Below, in pieces: positions 41,603 through 55,654 of a stretch of DNA of 64,000 nucleotides. How positions within the stretch are numbered: position 1 is the first letter of the stretch; each line of letters begins with the position of its first letter. This DNA comes from Eledone cirrhosa (Eukaryota). Position numbers and translations under genes: made by a program. The DNA lies in contig OZ024740.1 in the NCBI GenBank assembly GCA_964016885.1, positions 185,194,001 to 185,258,000 of the forward strand, given 5' to 3'. The notes under the pieces were generated by a model that had not been told where the DNA came from, did not search any database, and was given only the letters and a program-made list of their open reading frames with translations.

Positions 41603-42986
41603 GACTATAAGCATTTAAATTAAGAAACCGATTTTTTTATACTTTCAACTAAGTCATTATAGGAAGGTAAGAATGAATGGTGGTTTAGCTTCTATTTGTA
41701 TGTGGTCAAGCCAGCAGATGAGAACTTTCACATTAGTTAGATGTATCAATATTTTATAGCTTAGAGATATGTTCACATATTCTGGAAGAGACAAAGAAAA
41801 GATTATATTGGTCCAAGTACTCTCCAATTTGTTTCAATCTGTGTATTCATATGAAATAATTGCCTTTAGATCTTTATATTAAGTTGTGTTTAATTTTAAT
41901 CTTCAGAAATATTTTATTCAGCCAATTCCCTTGTCAGAAACTGATTTAAAAAGAAGAGAAAATCTTCAACCATCGTCAAAGATCCTATCTCTGTCTTTCT
42001 TTCTTCCCTCACTAATAGACAAAAACATTCAATATATATATATACACACACAGACCTCTGAACATTTCTGATTTCATTCTAATGAAACACTTCTAGTCCT
42101 GTGAAAGTAATTTCTTTATGTTTTATATAGTAGCAGCAGCAATAGTAGCAGTTTCCATAAATTAATTTGTATTATTAGTTGAATGATATCATTTATGGTT
42201 TCCACTAATGTATCAGTAAGAACATTGATTAGTCTAAATGAAAATATATAACACTCTTCATTTTACCAATGGTTATTTCAAATGAATGCTCAACTACACA
42301 GTCAATCATTATATTGAAATTTTCCAAATTCAGTAATATAGGTTATGATGCATTTCTTAATACACAACAGGTTTTCCATAAAACAACTTACAGTCATCTG
42401 GCTTTAAACAAGATTATATGGAAAGCCATATATAAAAGGAGTGAAAAGTGGCTGCTATAAAAAGATAGAGGAAAACTTAGCAACACCAACTATTGGTTCT
42501 ATTTAAACAGTAAATCTCAGGAGTTTAGTCAAAAATAAAAGTTGCAACTCAAATATGTCTTATCTGAGGAAAATTCTAAGGAATTGTTATACTATAGAGA
42601 ATTAAAACATCATCATATTATTTCAACACCATAATTGACGGCTTCTTTAGGCTGTGAGAAAAAAAAAGAAGCTATACAACAAAGGTTTGATTAATGGATC
42701 AACACAGCTTTCAATAATGGATCTGGATTTACTATTCACATTATTCAGAAAATATCTTAAACTACTCATAATTCTAAATAAACAATTGAAACGTGCCCCC
42801 CCCCCCCCTTCTCTCTCTATCCCCTTTCTGTATAAACCCTGAAACTAATAAGACATTTTGTACCTCTGTTTGTTGTTTCCTTGAACTATATATATAATAA
42901 TATTGTAAATTATCAACTCTGCAACCTGTCCTTAATTTGATCAGATTTATTTTTATTCCAAGATAACTAAGGTAATTTCTAAAATG

Positions 42987-43340
42987 TCATCATCATCATC
43001 ACTTTTTTATGTACATTTTTCCATGCTAGTATGCGTTTGATGAGTTTTCCTGTTGAGGGCAATGCTAGGGTGGGTGACACTATATTGCTCATACAGGCTT
43101 GGTTTCTGCAGCTGGATACCCTTCCTAATGCCAACCTCATTTACAGTGTTACTGGGTGCTTTTTGTCATGTCACCTACAAAACCAATATACAGTGTGGAT
43201 TGGGTGCTTTTGGTCGTGACATCTGCACGAACCCTTTACAGAAATAGGGTGGAGGGTGGTGATGGAAGGCATGCTTTGACCTGTGCTCATGGGAAGTTGG
43301 GTCTTCTGTATTATTGTGTAATGCCAGAGATTTCGGTCCT
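42987..43340 (-). mobile_element. Older RTE LINE 3' UTR fragment
   Basis: (TCA)n..tccatgctagtatg..gctggatacccttcctaatgccaacc. Confidence 0.75.
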
Positions 43341-43753
43341 GTGTAGTTATAAATATTCAAAAGACAGGATTGCCATAATTGGAATGACTGACCATGACCA
43401 TATGTTTGTTTTCATCAGGGCCAGATTGATTCGCAACAACAACATGGGCAATCCAATAAAGATGTCCTCAAAATGGAAATGCTTTAATCATGTTTGCTTC
43501 ATGAGGACTGACAACAATAACAAACAACATAAACACAATAACTAATTATAGAAATGAGGACAGTGTCCATCATATCTAACCATTTGTTGTTTGCTTCACA
43601 TTAATCTGATATTATATATTTTCTTAGATCTTCCAATGTATTAATTAAAGAAGTCTTTTGTAATATTGTAATTAATACAAAGAAATGTGAACATAACCAA
43701 AGAAAGTTCACGCATGCACACACACACACTCTCTCTCCCTTTATATATATATA

Positions 43754-45952
43754 TCATCATCATCATCATCACCGTTTTACGTCCGTTCTTCCACGCTAGC
43801 ATGGGTTAGACGGGTTGTCCTGGTGTGGGCAGTGTCTGGTCGGCTGACCATGCCTTGCTCATACAGGAACTGATTTGGCTTGATTTCTACAGCTGGATGC
43901 CCTTCCTAACACCAACCTCATTTACAGTGAGTGCTGGGTGCTTTTTCGTGGCGCCTACACGTCCACTTTACAGTGTGGGCTGGGTGCTTTTTTTGCTATG
44001 GCACCTCCACGACCACCTTGGGGTGTGGGGCATATTGTCTATATGCTTCAGCTTGTACCCATGGAAGGTTGGGTACTCTGTATTACTGCGTGACGCCAGA
44101 GGTTATGGTCGTGTGTCATCGCCTTTGAGAGGTGTAATTGGGTAAGGTCGGCTTTTATCACCTCATCCCAGGTCATCTTGGGTCTCCCCACTCCGCGGTT
44201 TCCATCGACTTCTAGTGCTCTGCACCTTTTTATGCAGCTGTCATCCTTCATACGCATCACATGTCCATACCAGCGCAACCGCCTCTCCTGCACACAGCAT
44301 TTGATTCCTCTTATGCTCGGTCTCTCTCTCAATTCATTTATGCTTTGTTGTTCGCGTATATTACTGTTACACATCCATCGGAGCATGCAGGCTTCGTTTC
44401 TCTCTAATCTATGTAAGTCTTCCACCTTCAGCGCCCAGGTCTCACTACCATGCAACATCGCTGTTCGGATACACGCATCATACAGTCTGCTTTTCATTTT
44501 GAGGGAGAAGCCTTTTCTAGCAAGCAGTGGTAGTAGTTCCCTAAACTTCTTCCATCCCGTTCTTACCCTAGTTATTGTACTTTCTGAACACCCACCTCCG
44601 CTGCTAATTCGGTCACCTAGGTAGTAGAAGCTGTCTACTGTTTCTACAGAGCCCTCCCAGAGATTGGTGGTATTTGTTTCCTGTGGCTGTTTGCTGCTTG
44701 CTGTCCCAGCACAGCTGCTGCATGTGAAGCCTACATTCTTAATTAAGCTTCCTGAGATCCCGCTACATCTCTTGTGTACCCATTGTTTGCATTTGGGGCA
44801 GAGAATGGAGTTCCTACCTACACCTTTCCTACATACTGAGCAAGGCCATTTCCCTGAGGGGATCTGGGTTCTGTTTTCTCATCTACTTACAAGGACCTTA
44901 GTCTTTGTCATGTTGACTTTGAGACCCTTTCTTTCTAGTCCCTGCTTCCAAGTTTGGATTTTCTTCTCTAGTTCTACCATAGATTCAGCTATAACTGCGA
45001 GGTCATCAGCATACAGGAGTTCCCATGGCATCCGGTCTTAAACTCCTCCGTTATTGCCTGCAGGACTATGATGAACAGGAGGGGCTAAGAACAGAGCCCT
45101 GGAGGACCCCAACCTGTACGCTAAATTCCTCGCTATACTCATAGCTAATCCTAACTTTGCTGACTGCTCCCCTATACATGGCTTGTACAGCTTTCACAAG
45201 TCATTCATCTACTCCTAGTTTTCTAAGAGCCCACCAGATTACAGCACGTGGAACTCTGTCAAAGGCTTTCTCAAGGTCGACAAATGCCAAGTAGAGTGGC
45301 TTACTTTTAGCTAGGTACTTTTCCTGTAACTGCCTGACAAGGAAGAGGGCATCAGTGGTGCCGCTTCCTGCTACAAACCCAAATTGCATCTCGTCTAGTT
45401 TCCCCCGGTCCCTAATCAACTGTGCTATAACTCTTTCTGTTACTTTCATGACCTGGTCCATCAGCTTTATACCTCTGTAATTACCTCTATCTAGTGCATC
45501 ACCTTTACCTTTGTAGCAGTTGACAATGATGCTACTGCACCAATTTGTTGGTATGACACCTTCTAGTATTACCTGGTTAACAATACGTGTGGTTATAGTG
45601 TGACCTACAGACCCAGATGCCTTCAGCATCTCGGCGTCTATACCCGATGGACCGGTTGCCTTCCCCATCTTCATATCTTTGATTGCCTTACTTACTATAT
45701 TGCTGCTGACTTGTACTGCTGGCCCCTCTATAGGGTCTACTTGAGGTAGGGTCTCTTCTTCCCATGCATTCTCCTCATTTAGTAATCTATCATAATGACT
45801 CTTCCATGCATCTTTCTTCTCAACACTTGTGAGGGCAAGCTCACCTTTATCATTCCGGATATACTTCTCTACAATGACATCACAATTCTCTCTGACACAC
45901 TGCCTCGCAATCTTGAACACCTCCTGTTTCTGGTCCTCACGTTGCAAAACAT
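43754..45952 (-). mobile_element. 5'-truncated RTE-clade LINE (reverse transcriptase, PHD finger, C-terminal domain, 3' UTR, (GAT)n tail)
   Basis: GKATGPSG, NYRGIKL, QFGF..G.GTTDA, AFVDLEKAFDRV, LLYADDL, MLHGSETW, RRLRWYGHV, GRPKMTW; stop at 45201 and a frameshift near 45030. Confidence 0.95.
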
Positions 45953-46201
45953 GCTTGAATATATATATATATATAAATACACACATGCACACACACACTC
46001 ACATATATATATATATGTGTGTGTGGGTGGGTGTGTGGGTGTGTGTGCATAGAGATATGTATATATATATAATCAACACAGTTCATCTAATGCCAAAACA
46101 TACATTTTAGGAATACTAGATAGACAAACTAATACTACAAAGTTTAGCTTACATCATCTCCCTGGCTGCAGTTTTGGGACTCAAAAGACAATACTAAATA
46201 T

Positions 46202-46248
<47 letters not shown>

Positions 46249-46809
46249 ATATAACTATATCTATACATACACACATGTATCTATATTTATACAGACATAC
46301 ATGTATTATATCTTCTGGTTTATTTACATTGAGAAAGTTCATTTACTAATATATATATGAATGAAATCATCGTCTTTGTTCTGTATAGATTCACATTCAT
46401 ACCTATGTGTGCAAGTAATATATATATATGAGAGAGAGAGAGATGAGCAGTTATATGTAATTTTAATTTAAATCAATATCCTGTAATATTTTAAAAATAT
46501 GTTTCCTTGGTAGTTATTTGATTTTGAAATGAAAACAATTATTTATTCAGTAATCATACATGGAGGTAAATTTATGTGCATAAGATAGACGTGCATGTAT
46601 AATTAATCTATGTTAGAAAGGTGAAGCACTTGATGAAAATAAAATCATTTAGTATATGTACTCAGCAGTATAAGCACATTAGCAATCACCTACTTTGAAA
46701 TCAAAGAGAGAAATCAGCCCTCAGGCTCTAAATTGCACATCAGTAAATGGCATACAAACAAGGTAATTTCCTTTGCCAAATGAGTCATGTGATGTACCTA
46801 CTCATCTGT

Positions 46810-46878
46810 AATTATATACATACATACATACACATATATATATATACATATATATATATATACATACATATATGTGTG

Positions 46879-46936
<58 letters not shown>

Positions 46937-47074
46937 CATATATGTGTGTAAATATATATAAATGTACACACATATATATAGATAGATATGTATATATATA
47001 TATATATGCCTAGATACATATGTATATATGTATATATGTGTGTGTAAATATATATAAATGTACACACAGATTTG

Positions 47075-47109
<35 letters not shown>

Positions 47110-47125
47110 ATACATATACATATAA

Positions 47126-47170
<45 letters not shown>
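46810..47170. repeat. Compound (TA)n/(TACA) microsatellite
   Basis: Direct reading. Confidence 0.95.
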
Positions 47171-47171
<1 letters not shown>

Positions 47172-48224
47172 GGAATTTAATCAAGATGAATTAATTGGTC
47201 TGTTTAGTCAGCAGTATCATTGTACACAATAATTTGATTGTACAGCTCTTTAAATATTACATAGTGTATGGTAGGATGCCAGTTAATTAAACAACTTTAA
47301 TAGTGTGATTCCATTGTTTCTATTCACCCAACTAATATAATGCTATCAACAACATGGATAAAATGATTATTATGTTGAAATATCTGGTGCTTATTCATTG
47401 CTTGTTTTTTCTCTTCATGTGGTTATATTCTTTGTATTAATACCCACATGATTACTTTCATGCTGTATTGTTCTTCAAGTCCATTATTGTTTCACTTGGA
47501 ACAAAAACAAATGTTGCTTTTATAGCATGCATTGTTATTGCTTTGTAGTTCATACATTATCACAACAGGCAATATTAAAATAGATCTCTCATTTTAATTA
47601 CAATATATATTAATTAGCAAAAGACTCCAGATAGTAGGGTGTGAAATATTCGTTTTGGATCACTAATGAAATATTTTGCAACCTTGTATTTGTGGGTTGT
47701 TTAAAATTTACTCTCTTAAACATGCTATATAATTTTAACCAACATTTTAAAAGCATGCTCGTATATAATTTGTATTATCTAAGAAATACAAATACATTCT
47801 GTGTATATAGCTTAATTAAATTCTTACATGTTTGACAATGATACAGCTCATACATATGCCTAACACCACATCATGTGTAAGTTGAGAACCAACTGTCTTA
47901 AATTTAAACATATTGCATGTTCATATCAAAATGTTCCAATGAATAATAAACAATGAAATATATATCAAACTGAAATAAATTCTGGGGTTGATGTCATTAG
48001 CTAAACACCTTTGTAGGAGTGGCATTTACATAGTGAAAGTCAAAGAAACTGAAACCAGAAAATGCTCAAAAGTTTATATATATATAAGTAATGAAATATG
48101 GCTGGTGCCACTACAAAAGCACTAAGACCAACCTGTAAGATGGTAGTACTGGTGCCATGACAAAAAGCACCCAGCTACAGAAACCATGTTCACAGTACCC
48201 ACTGTAAATCTTTTGGCAGTAAGA

Positions 48225-48289
<65 letters not shown>

Positions 48290-48958
48290 AACATTATCAT
48301 CATTGTTTTCCATGCTCACAGAGGTTGGATAGGTCTTTTCAACACAACCTCTCTCCCCTTGTTGTGATTCTTTGTCATCTCCTCTGAGAGTCACATCAAT
48401 TTGAGATAAGGTATCTCCATTTCCACCCAAGTCTTTCTCAACCTACCTCTACTATGGCTTACTTCTCTCACATTTACATTGCATATTCAACAAAGCGTGT
48501 CAAACGCAGTCTCTGCCCATATTTCACTATCATGCAGCATTGCACTTTGCACACAGCCATCATAAACTCCTCCTTTTGTACATAGCAAGTAGCCTTTTGT
48601 TGTTAACAATGGGAGTTGCTCTCCAAACGTCTTCCATCCTAACCTCATCCTGGCTATTTTGATCTCAGAGCATCCTCCTCCACTGCTAATTAGGTCACCT
48701 AGATTGCAGAATCTATTAACATCAATGGATCCTTTATATGATTGGAAAATATTTATATCACCGATGCTCTTTCTGCTGATTACTCCAGTACATCTACATA
48801 CAAAATCTTCCTTTCCTTTTTGTCTGCCTGTTATCCCACTACATCCCTTGTGTACCCAAGATTTACATTGTGTACATCACCTACTCCTTTTCTACATACT
48901 GAGCAGGTGAGCAGGGCCCACTTCCCTGAAGGAGTCAGAGTTCTATCTTCTTTCCTAC

Positions 48959-48960
<2 letters not shown>
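48290..48960 (-). mobile_element. Decayed, internally deleted RTE LINE
   Basis: GKW..CSVCRKGVG and LGDLISSGGGCSE peptides homologous to 44600-44860. Confidence 0.8.
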
Positions 48961-48999
<39 letters not shown>

Positions 49000-49110
49000 T
49001 GAGCAAGACATGGCCACCTGACCTGGCATTGTCCACAACAGGGCAACCTGTCTAACCCATGCTTGCATGGAAACATTGATGTAAAATGATATGAACAATG
49101 ATTATATATA

Positions 49111-49940
49111 TATATTATAATAGAATATAAAAGAAAAACGAACACAGATATATAAATATTTGTGTTCAAATCGTAAGGGACCTGATTCGCTAAGATGAAA
49201 AGAATACTAACTATAGACAATTGGGTTCGCTTGTCTCAATTTAAGAAAAAATTAAGAAAATAAATACAAACCGGAATTCTGGTAACTACCAATCACCCAG
49301 ACAACTTGTTGTTTCGCAAAGTTAATTGTGAATATAAATACCAATCCAAGCTCATCAGTGGGTGAGGAATTAGTATCCTAGTCACATCTATCTATGCTAT
49401 ATATAAAATATAAAACAGCGCACATGGCATCCTAGCGAGTCTCACAAACTCACACCACTAAAAATAGCAGCCAGGTTTACTCGACATTTGAAATAGCTCA
49501 ACAAATTAACGGAGCCGAATATATTGAAGGTTTATATTGAGTTAGGAACTCAAAATAGTCTCTTACAACAAAATGGCTCTAAGAAAGAGATATTTCTGTG
49601 CCGTATATTATAATAGAATATAAAAGATTGGATTGGTATTTATATTCACAATTAACTTTGCGGAACAACAAGTTGTCTGGGTGATTGGTAGTTACCACAA
49701 TTCCGGTTTGTATTTATTTTCTTAATTTTTTCTTAAATTGAGACAAGCGAACCCAATTGTCTATAGTTAGAATTCTTTTCACCTTAGCTAATCAGGTCCC
49801 TTACGATTTGAACACATATATCTATATATCTGTGTTTGTTTTTTCTTTTATATTCTATTATAATATACGGCTCATAAATATCTCTATCTTAGAGCTATTT
49901 TGTTGTAAGAGACTCTTTTGAGTTCCTAACTCAATATATA
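49111..49940 (-). mobile_element. Retrozyme-like element: 493-bp terminally redundant unit plus a 311-bp inverted arm
   Basis: tatattataatagaatataaaaga at 49111 and 49604; 49628-49938 is the reverse complement of 49111-49349 joined to 49533-49603; TA-rich flanks. Confidence 0.85.
49293..49365 (-). ncRNA. Type I hammerhead ribozyme motif (canonical core)
   Basis: Minus strand: TCACCCA-CTGATGA-GC..GC-GAAAC-AAC AA GTT-GTC-TGGGTGA; perfect 7-bp stem I, GUC triplet. Confidence 0.85.
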
Positions 49941-49956
49941 CATTTTATATATATAT

Positions 49957-50147
49957 AACAAAGGAAATGTAGTAAGGAACCAGATGGACCATAACGCACC
50001 AAAGTACTCAATACTTAGGGTAGTAGAGTGGGTAATAGGGACAAGTATGACCCCGACGGCAGAGCTCAAGCCGTTTCGACGGCTAATTCTGGACTCAGAA
50101 TTAGCCGTCGAAACGGCTTGAGCTCTGCCGTCAGGGTCATACTTGTT

Positions 50148-50151
<4 letters not shown>
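49957..50151 (-). mobile_element. Hairpin element (56-bp arms plus about 80-bp tail) in (TA)n, copy 1
   Basis: Stem 50036-50151 with loop GACT; homologous to 57753-57940. Confidence 0.88.
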
Positions 50152-50187
<36 letters not shown>

Positions 50188-51371
50188 CTATTATGTTAAC
50201 ATATCTTAAATCTACTCTAATTTACATTCATGCCATTTGATTAACAACATAAATGTTTCTTTATAGTTTTCTTGGTCTAAAATGAAAATGTTTTAGAATT
50301 TCATATATTGAATAGTATGTTGTTAAACAAAGAGACACGCACAAACGAATTCAGTTCCTGTCTCAGTCATGCAGCCTCAGTTATAATGTTTGTTCATAAG
50401 TTCATATTTTCTGAGAGTGATTTAGGCAAAACAATTCATGTGACACACCTCATGTTTATTATGATTAATACAAAAGGTTTGTTGTTTGGTGTTTAGCCTT
50501 AGGTAAATGCTGATCAAGCAGGCTTTATTATCAAAGACATTTTGTGACCATCTGTTATTTTTAGAGGAATGTAGAACTACATTATCTAATGTGTCGTTTC
50601 CTTACATAATATGATGTGAAGGAGATGTGACTGCTTCAGTAACAATGTAGAGGATCCCACACTGGCTCATATTAAGGGATACTAATACAATGAAAAAGGC
50701 TGAGCAAAGGCTGGTTTCAGAATAAATTCCCTTGTAATGATTCACTTGGAATTGTGCATAAATGTAAATAAGACAATTATTGCTCCAAGAAGTCCACACA
50801 TAGAAACCACCCTAAATCGAATGCCAACCTGCTATCATGACTCCTGCTACCATGACTCCTGTTACCCCCCTCCCCAATATAATAACCAAACATAGACCTC
50901 AGACCTTCACCAACTTGACAAACTAAACATGACGGCAACAGCCACCAAATGCGCCACCAAATGCGCAAAACAAATATTACCAAGCTGCAGCTGTCATATC
51001 AAGCAGATTCTATATAATAAAGCTATTATTATTATAAATAATTTTGATATCAGTTTTTACATGTCATTTCTCCACTGTTGGTAACTTATGTAAAAGATGC
51101 TTCTAGGACATTTTCACACGGCCTTATTGTTAATATTCATAAGCAGCATCACTATAATCAATCCTTTCTCTTTATATATTAATCAACTGAGCTGCAAATG
51201 TCTTTCTGAGGAAATCTCATGAGATCAAAATATGCCTGTTGCTTTCATATGTTGACTTTAAAGACACAATTCACTTTTATCTGAATACTCTTATTTGCCT
51301 AAAGATTTGATTTGTCATTTTTAAGTTTTGAACTTCCCTATAGGGGAGCTTTTATCTTCTAATTGCAATGA

Positions 51372-52266
51372 TTATCATCATCATCATCATCATCATCATC
51401 GTTTAACGTCCGTGTTCCATTCTTGCATGGGTTTGGACGGGAGTTTTCCCACTTGAGGCAAGAGTGGTTGTCTTGCTCGCATAGGACTGTCTGGCGGGTT
51501 TTCTACAGTTGGATGCCCTTCCTAACACCAACCACATTTACAGTGTGGGGCTGGGAGGTTTTTACTGTGTTGCCTACACGGCCACATTACAGCGTGGACT
51601 GTCTGGCAGGTTTTCTACAGCTGGATGCCCTTCCTAACACCAACCACATTTACAGTGTGGGACTGGGACGTTTTACCGTGTTGCCTACACGGTCACATTA
51701 CAGCGTGGACTGTGTGTTTTTTTGTCGTGACACTACACGATCTCATTTGTTTCGGCCTGGATTTTGTGGCACCAACATAACTTTACATTGAAAGGGGCGG
51801 TGTGGATGGGGTGGGACGGGGGTGTATTTTGTTAGAGATGCCTACTGACTGTAGTAGGTTTTACTTTGTATTTAGGTAACGCGGGTCTTCTCTATTACTG
51901 AGTACCGCCAAAGCTCTCGGTCCAGTGACATTGTCTTGGAGAGGTGTAAGTGTGTGAGGTCGGAATTTATCAGCTCGTCCCAGGTTTTTCTGGGTCTGCC
52001 TACTCCGTGGCTACCATCTATCTTTATTGCCCTGCACTTTGTTATACAGCTGTCGTCTTTCATGCGCATCACGTGACCATACCAACGTAGCCTTCTCTCG
52101 AGTAAACAACATCTGATCCCTCTTATTTCTAATTTTTTCCTTAGTTCGTTTATGCTTTGCCGTTCGCGTATATTACTATTACACATCCAGCGGAGCAGGC
52201 AAGCTTCGTTCCTCTCTAGTCTGCGTATATCCTCTGCACACAATGCCCAGGTCTCACTGCCATGGA
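51372..52266 (-). mobile_element. 5'-truncated RTE LINE with a tandem duplication in the 3' UTR
   Basis: ORF 51872-52243 RLERNEA..RRLRWYGHV..GRPRKTW; about 110-bp unit repeated at 51484 and 51595; (GAT)n tail. Confidence 0.92.
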
Positions 52267-53904
52267 TTATATTACAGTTAATTTTTCTATTCCCTATATT
52301 TCAGTTGTATGAGAATTTTGGATGCTGTACATTCAACTGGGGCATTTTTCACTAAGCCATATTCTTAACATTCATAATCTCTTTATGGTTATAACTCTTT
52401 ATCCTACCAAGTAAAAATGCTCCACTGTTCAGGGGTAAAACGAATGAAGTATCTCTTATTTTAACTTTTTAATATCAAAAAGACTATATTTGATAAGCCT
52501 ATTCCTCTTGTATGCTTGAATGTGATGTGAATGTTTTCATATTCACATTGCACACTATACATTTATGCAAGTATTTCATTGTGGAAGTTCTTTGTGAATA
52601 AAGACTAAACGACCTAACAATTAAAAAAATAACTGAGAGAAATTAAATAGAGAGACTGCTGTTTGAAATAAAGTTGACTGAATTTATATAATTTTTCGAA
52701 AAGTAGGCATCCTCAATAATTTTCACTTGTAAATATTTCATGTTAATTCATGAGTATTGAAACCACTATATATATCTAGTCAATTCAAGAAATAGCAGTC
52801 ATGGTTAGTCTCACTCCCATCTATATGTTATATCTCAATTATTTTAATTGATTAAAATATCCTTGATTACTACATCATGTATGCTACTGTCTAGTTTTTA
52901 TTTAAGGATTTAAATGAGGTTTAAGAATTTTCAAAGACTGATTCTGAATCTTTTTATCTTACTTGTCTTATCAGAGACTAATTCTTAATCATTTTAACTT
53001 ATTCGTCTTATCACTTGAAACTATGCTCAATCTTAACATTACACTTCATCACATTCTGATGTTTTATGTTGATTTCTCGGATTTCAAAAAAGTTATTTTT
53101 CCCTTCTATTTCCTGACTGAATGTTATGATATTTTCTGAGTTTTTTATCGAACATAATTTATTCCTCCTCTTCTTTTTAAGATAGTCATTAAACAACAGA
53201 AACATCTCCAGCCAGATGCTTTTATATTGCTAAAGGTATATAAAAAGAGGATGAAACAAAAATGTTGTTCAGCTGTGTAAGATTTCCTATCATGTTATCT
53301 TAAGCCATTTTCAGAAATCTTACTGCATCAATAAACCTCTTGACATGAATCAGATATTTCATGATCCTGTATTTAAACCTTAGCATAGCTGGATATCTGC
53401 AAATGTTTTCTTCCATTACTAATCTAGGATTAAGTATTCTCTTATTGGCTTGAATCATTATCTGTTTCCTGAATGCAGTAGAAACAGAACGAGAAGTCAT
53501 TTTGAGGGCAGAATGCATATCATTATTAGACCAAGTGTGTACAGTTCAGAAGAGTTTGCATAGAAAAAAATCATGCATAATATATGAATCATGTGATGCT
53601 CTGCATTGATTTGTTTCACATTCACCTAAGTATTTAACAACAATTTATTGAACAACTTGTGTTGTATATTGATTCTATCATTTCAACATCCACTTTCTCA
53701 ATCTGCTTTTTATTTCACTATGCTAGTCAATCAGTCTACTATTTATCTTTCTCCTTCTCATTATTCTGTATATTACAAAATATTCCTTCACTAAATGGAA
53801 TATTTTTTATGTGTGAATTATCTTCCTCATTATTATATATCTGGGGCATATATTAAGGTTGTTATGAAATTACAGACATGTACACTAAATAGTTGTTAAG
53901 TCTA

Positions 53905-54680
53905 CATCATCATCATCATCATTTTACGTCCGCTTTTCCTTGCTTGCAAAGGTTGGACGGGTCCTATTCAGCACAGCATCTCTCCGTTTGTCACGGTCCT
54001 TTATCATCTCCTCGGTGAGTTTCAGCGTTCTGAGGTCTGCTCTCACCACCTCCGCCCATGTTTTTTGTGGTCTACCTCTACTGTGTCTTCCTTCTACTAG
54101 GATTTCTTGGTACTTCTTTACTCAGTGGTCATCCTCCATATGCATCACATGTCCATACCATCTCAGCCTTCTTTCCTGCACACCACAACTTATCCCTCTG
54201 ATACCCAGTTTCTTTCTCAACTCGTCAATGCGTGGTTGTTCACGTACATTGACATTGCACATCCAACGGAGCATACTTGCTTCATTTCTCTCCAGCCATC
54301 GCATATCTTCTGCATTGCTGCCCATCTCTACCATGCAGCATCACGCATCACACACAGGCATCATATAACTGTCCTTTCATACGCAGTGAGAAACCCTTCT
54401 TTGTCAACAGAGGAAGCAGCTCCCTAAACTTCTTCCAACCCGTCCTTATTCTAGATACTATGGCCTCGGAACACCCCCTCCCATGCTAATCTAATCACCT
54501 AGGTACCAGAAGCTATCAACCACTTCTATAGAACCCACCTGTATTGGAAAATGTGTCTATCAATGCGATTCCTACTGCCAACTTTCCCTGTACATCTACT
54601 GCATACCTAGTTTTCCCTACCTGTTAGTTTGACTGCTATCCCACTACATCTCTTGTGTATCCAAGATCTGCATTGCATAC
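53905..54680 (-). mobile_element. Decayed RTE LINE 3' fragment, different subfamily
   Basis: WLERNEASMLRWMC..QERRLRWYGHV; short 3' UTR and (GAT)n tail. Confidence 0.9.
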
Positions 54681-55654
54681 ATTTTAATTTAATTACCTAT
54701 CATGATTGTATTACAATTTACTAATATCTATTATAAAGGATATTATGTTGCATACACTGAGCTATAGTCGTAACTTTAGTTCGTTTATCTACCTTTCATT
54801 TTGTTCTGGTTTTGTTAGAAGAGAAAACACAGTGCTAGGCAGGAGACCTGATCCTTGCAACAAACTGACATCTAGTAAATGGGCTTAAGGTTATATGATG
54901 ATGTTAAACTGGATAATGGATTAAGCTTAACAACTGGAAGAGAAACGGTTTCTGTGATGGGCTTTTGCACAATTTTGATCTACATATTTTCAAACACAAA
55001 GCTTTTATTGCATTAAGGCTTGGTAAAATTTGCCTGTTAAAGTTGCTGCCCAGTTGGATTGAACCTGAAACCACATAGTTTCACAACAACGTCTTCACCA
55101 CAAAAGCATGCTATTAAATATTTAAATACTGAACTGTTATCACACCATTTTAATGAAGCTGATAAGCAGAGTTCTTGTGTGGTAGACTTAATTTGTTGCC
55201 ATATTTAACACCACCTCATAGTATTTGGGTGCCTTTAGCAGAGTTAATTCTGGAGCAAGAATTCCAGCTATGACTCGTATTTGAGTATTCCTACATCTCT
55301 TGTTCTGATCAGTCTCAGAATCCTTAAAAATATAAAGTAGCAGGAGAATTGCCTTTCCTTTATGGGTTAAGCAATAAAACATAACTCATATATACCTGCT
55401 CATTAGCCTAATATATATTTATTCATGTCGGCATGCACTTATAGCTCTGAAATCCTTCTTCTCACATATCTTGATCACATGATGTTTTGACTGACATTTG
55501 GCAGTTTTTTTCTAACAATTCGATATTGTTTCTAATAACAGTGAAATACATAAAGGTAGACAATTAAAAATGGCAGATTTTACATTTTGAAGCTATGTTA
55601 AAGCAATTTCTTAAAATGATATTTAACATACAGTTGCTATTTATCTGTAGCTGC

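Noticed and set aside
53300-53518. 72-aa ORF with plausible composition
   Set aside because: No recognisable motif or splice support; cannot be called an exon
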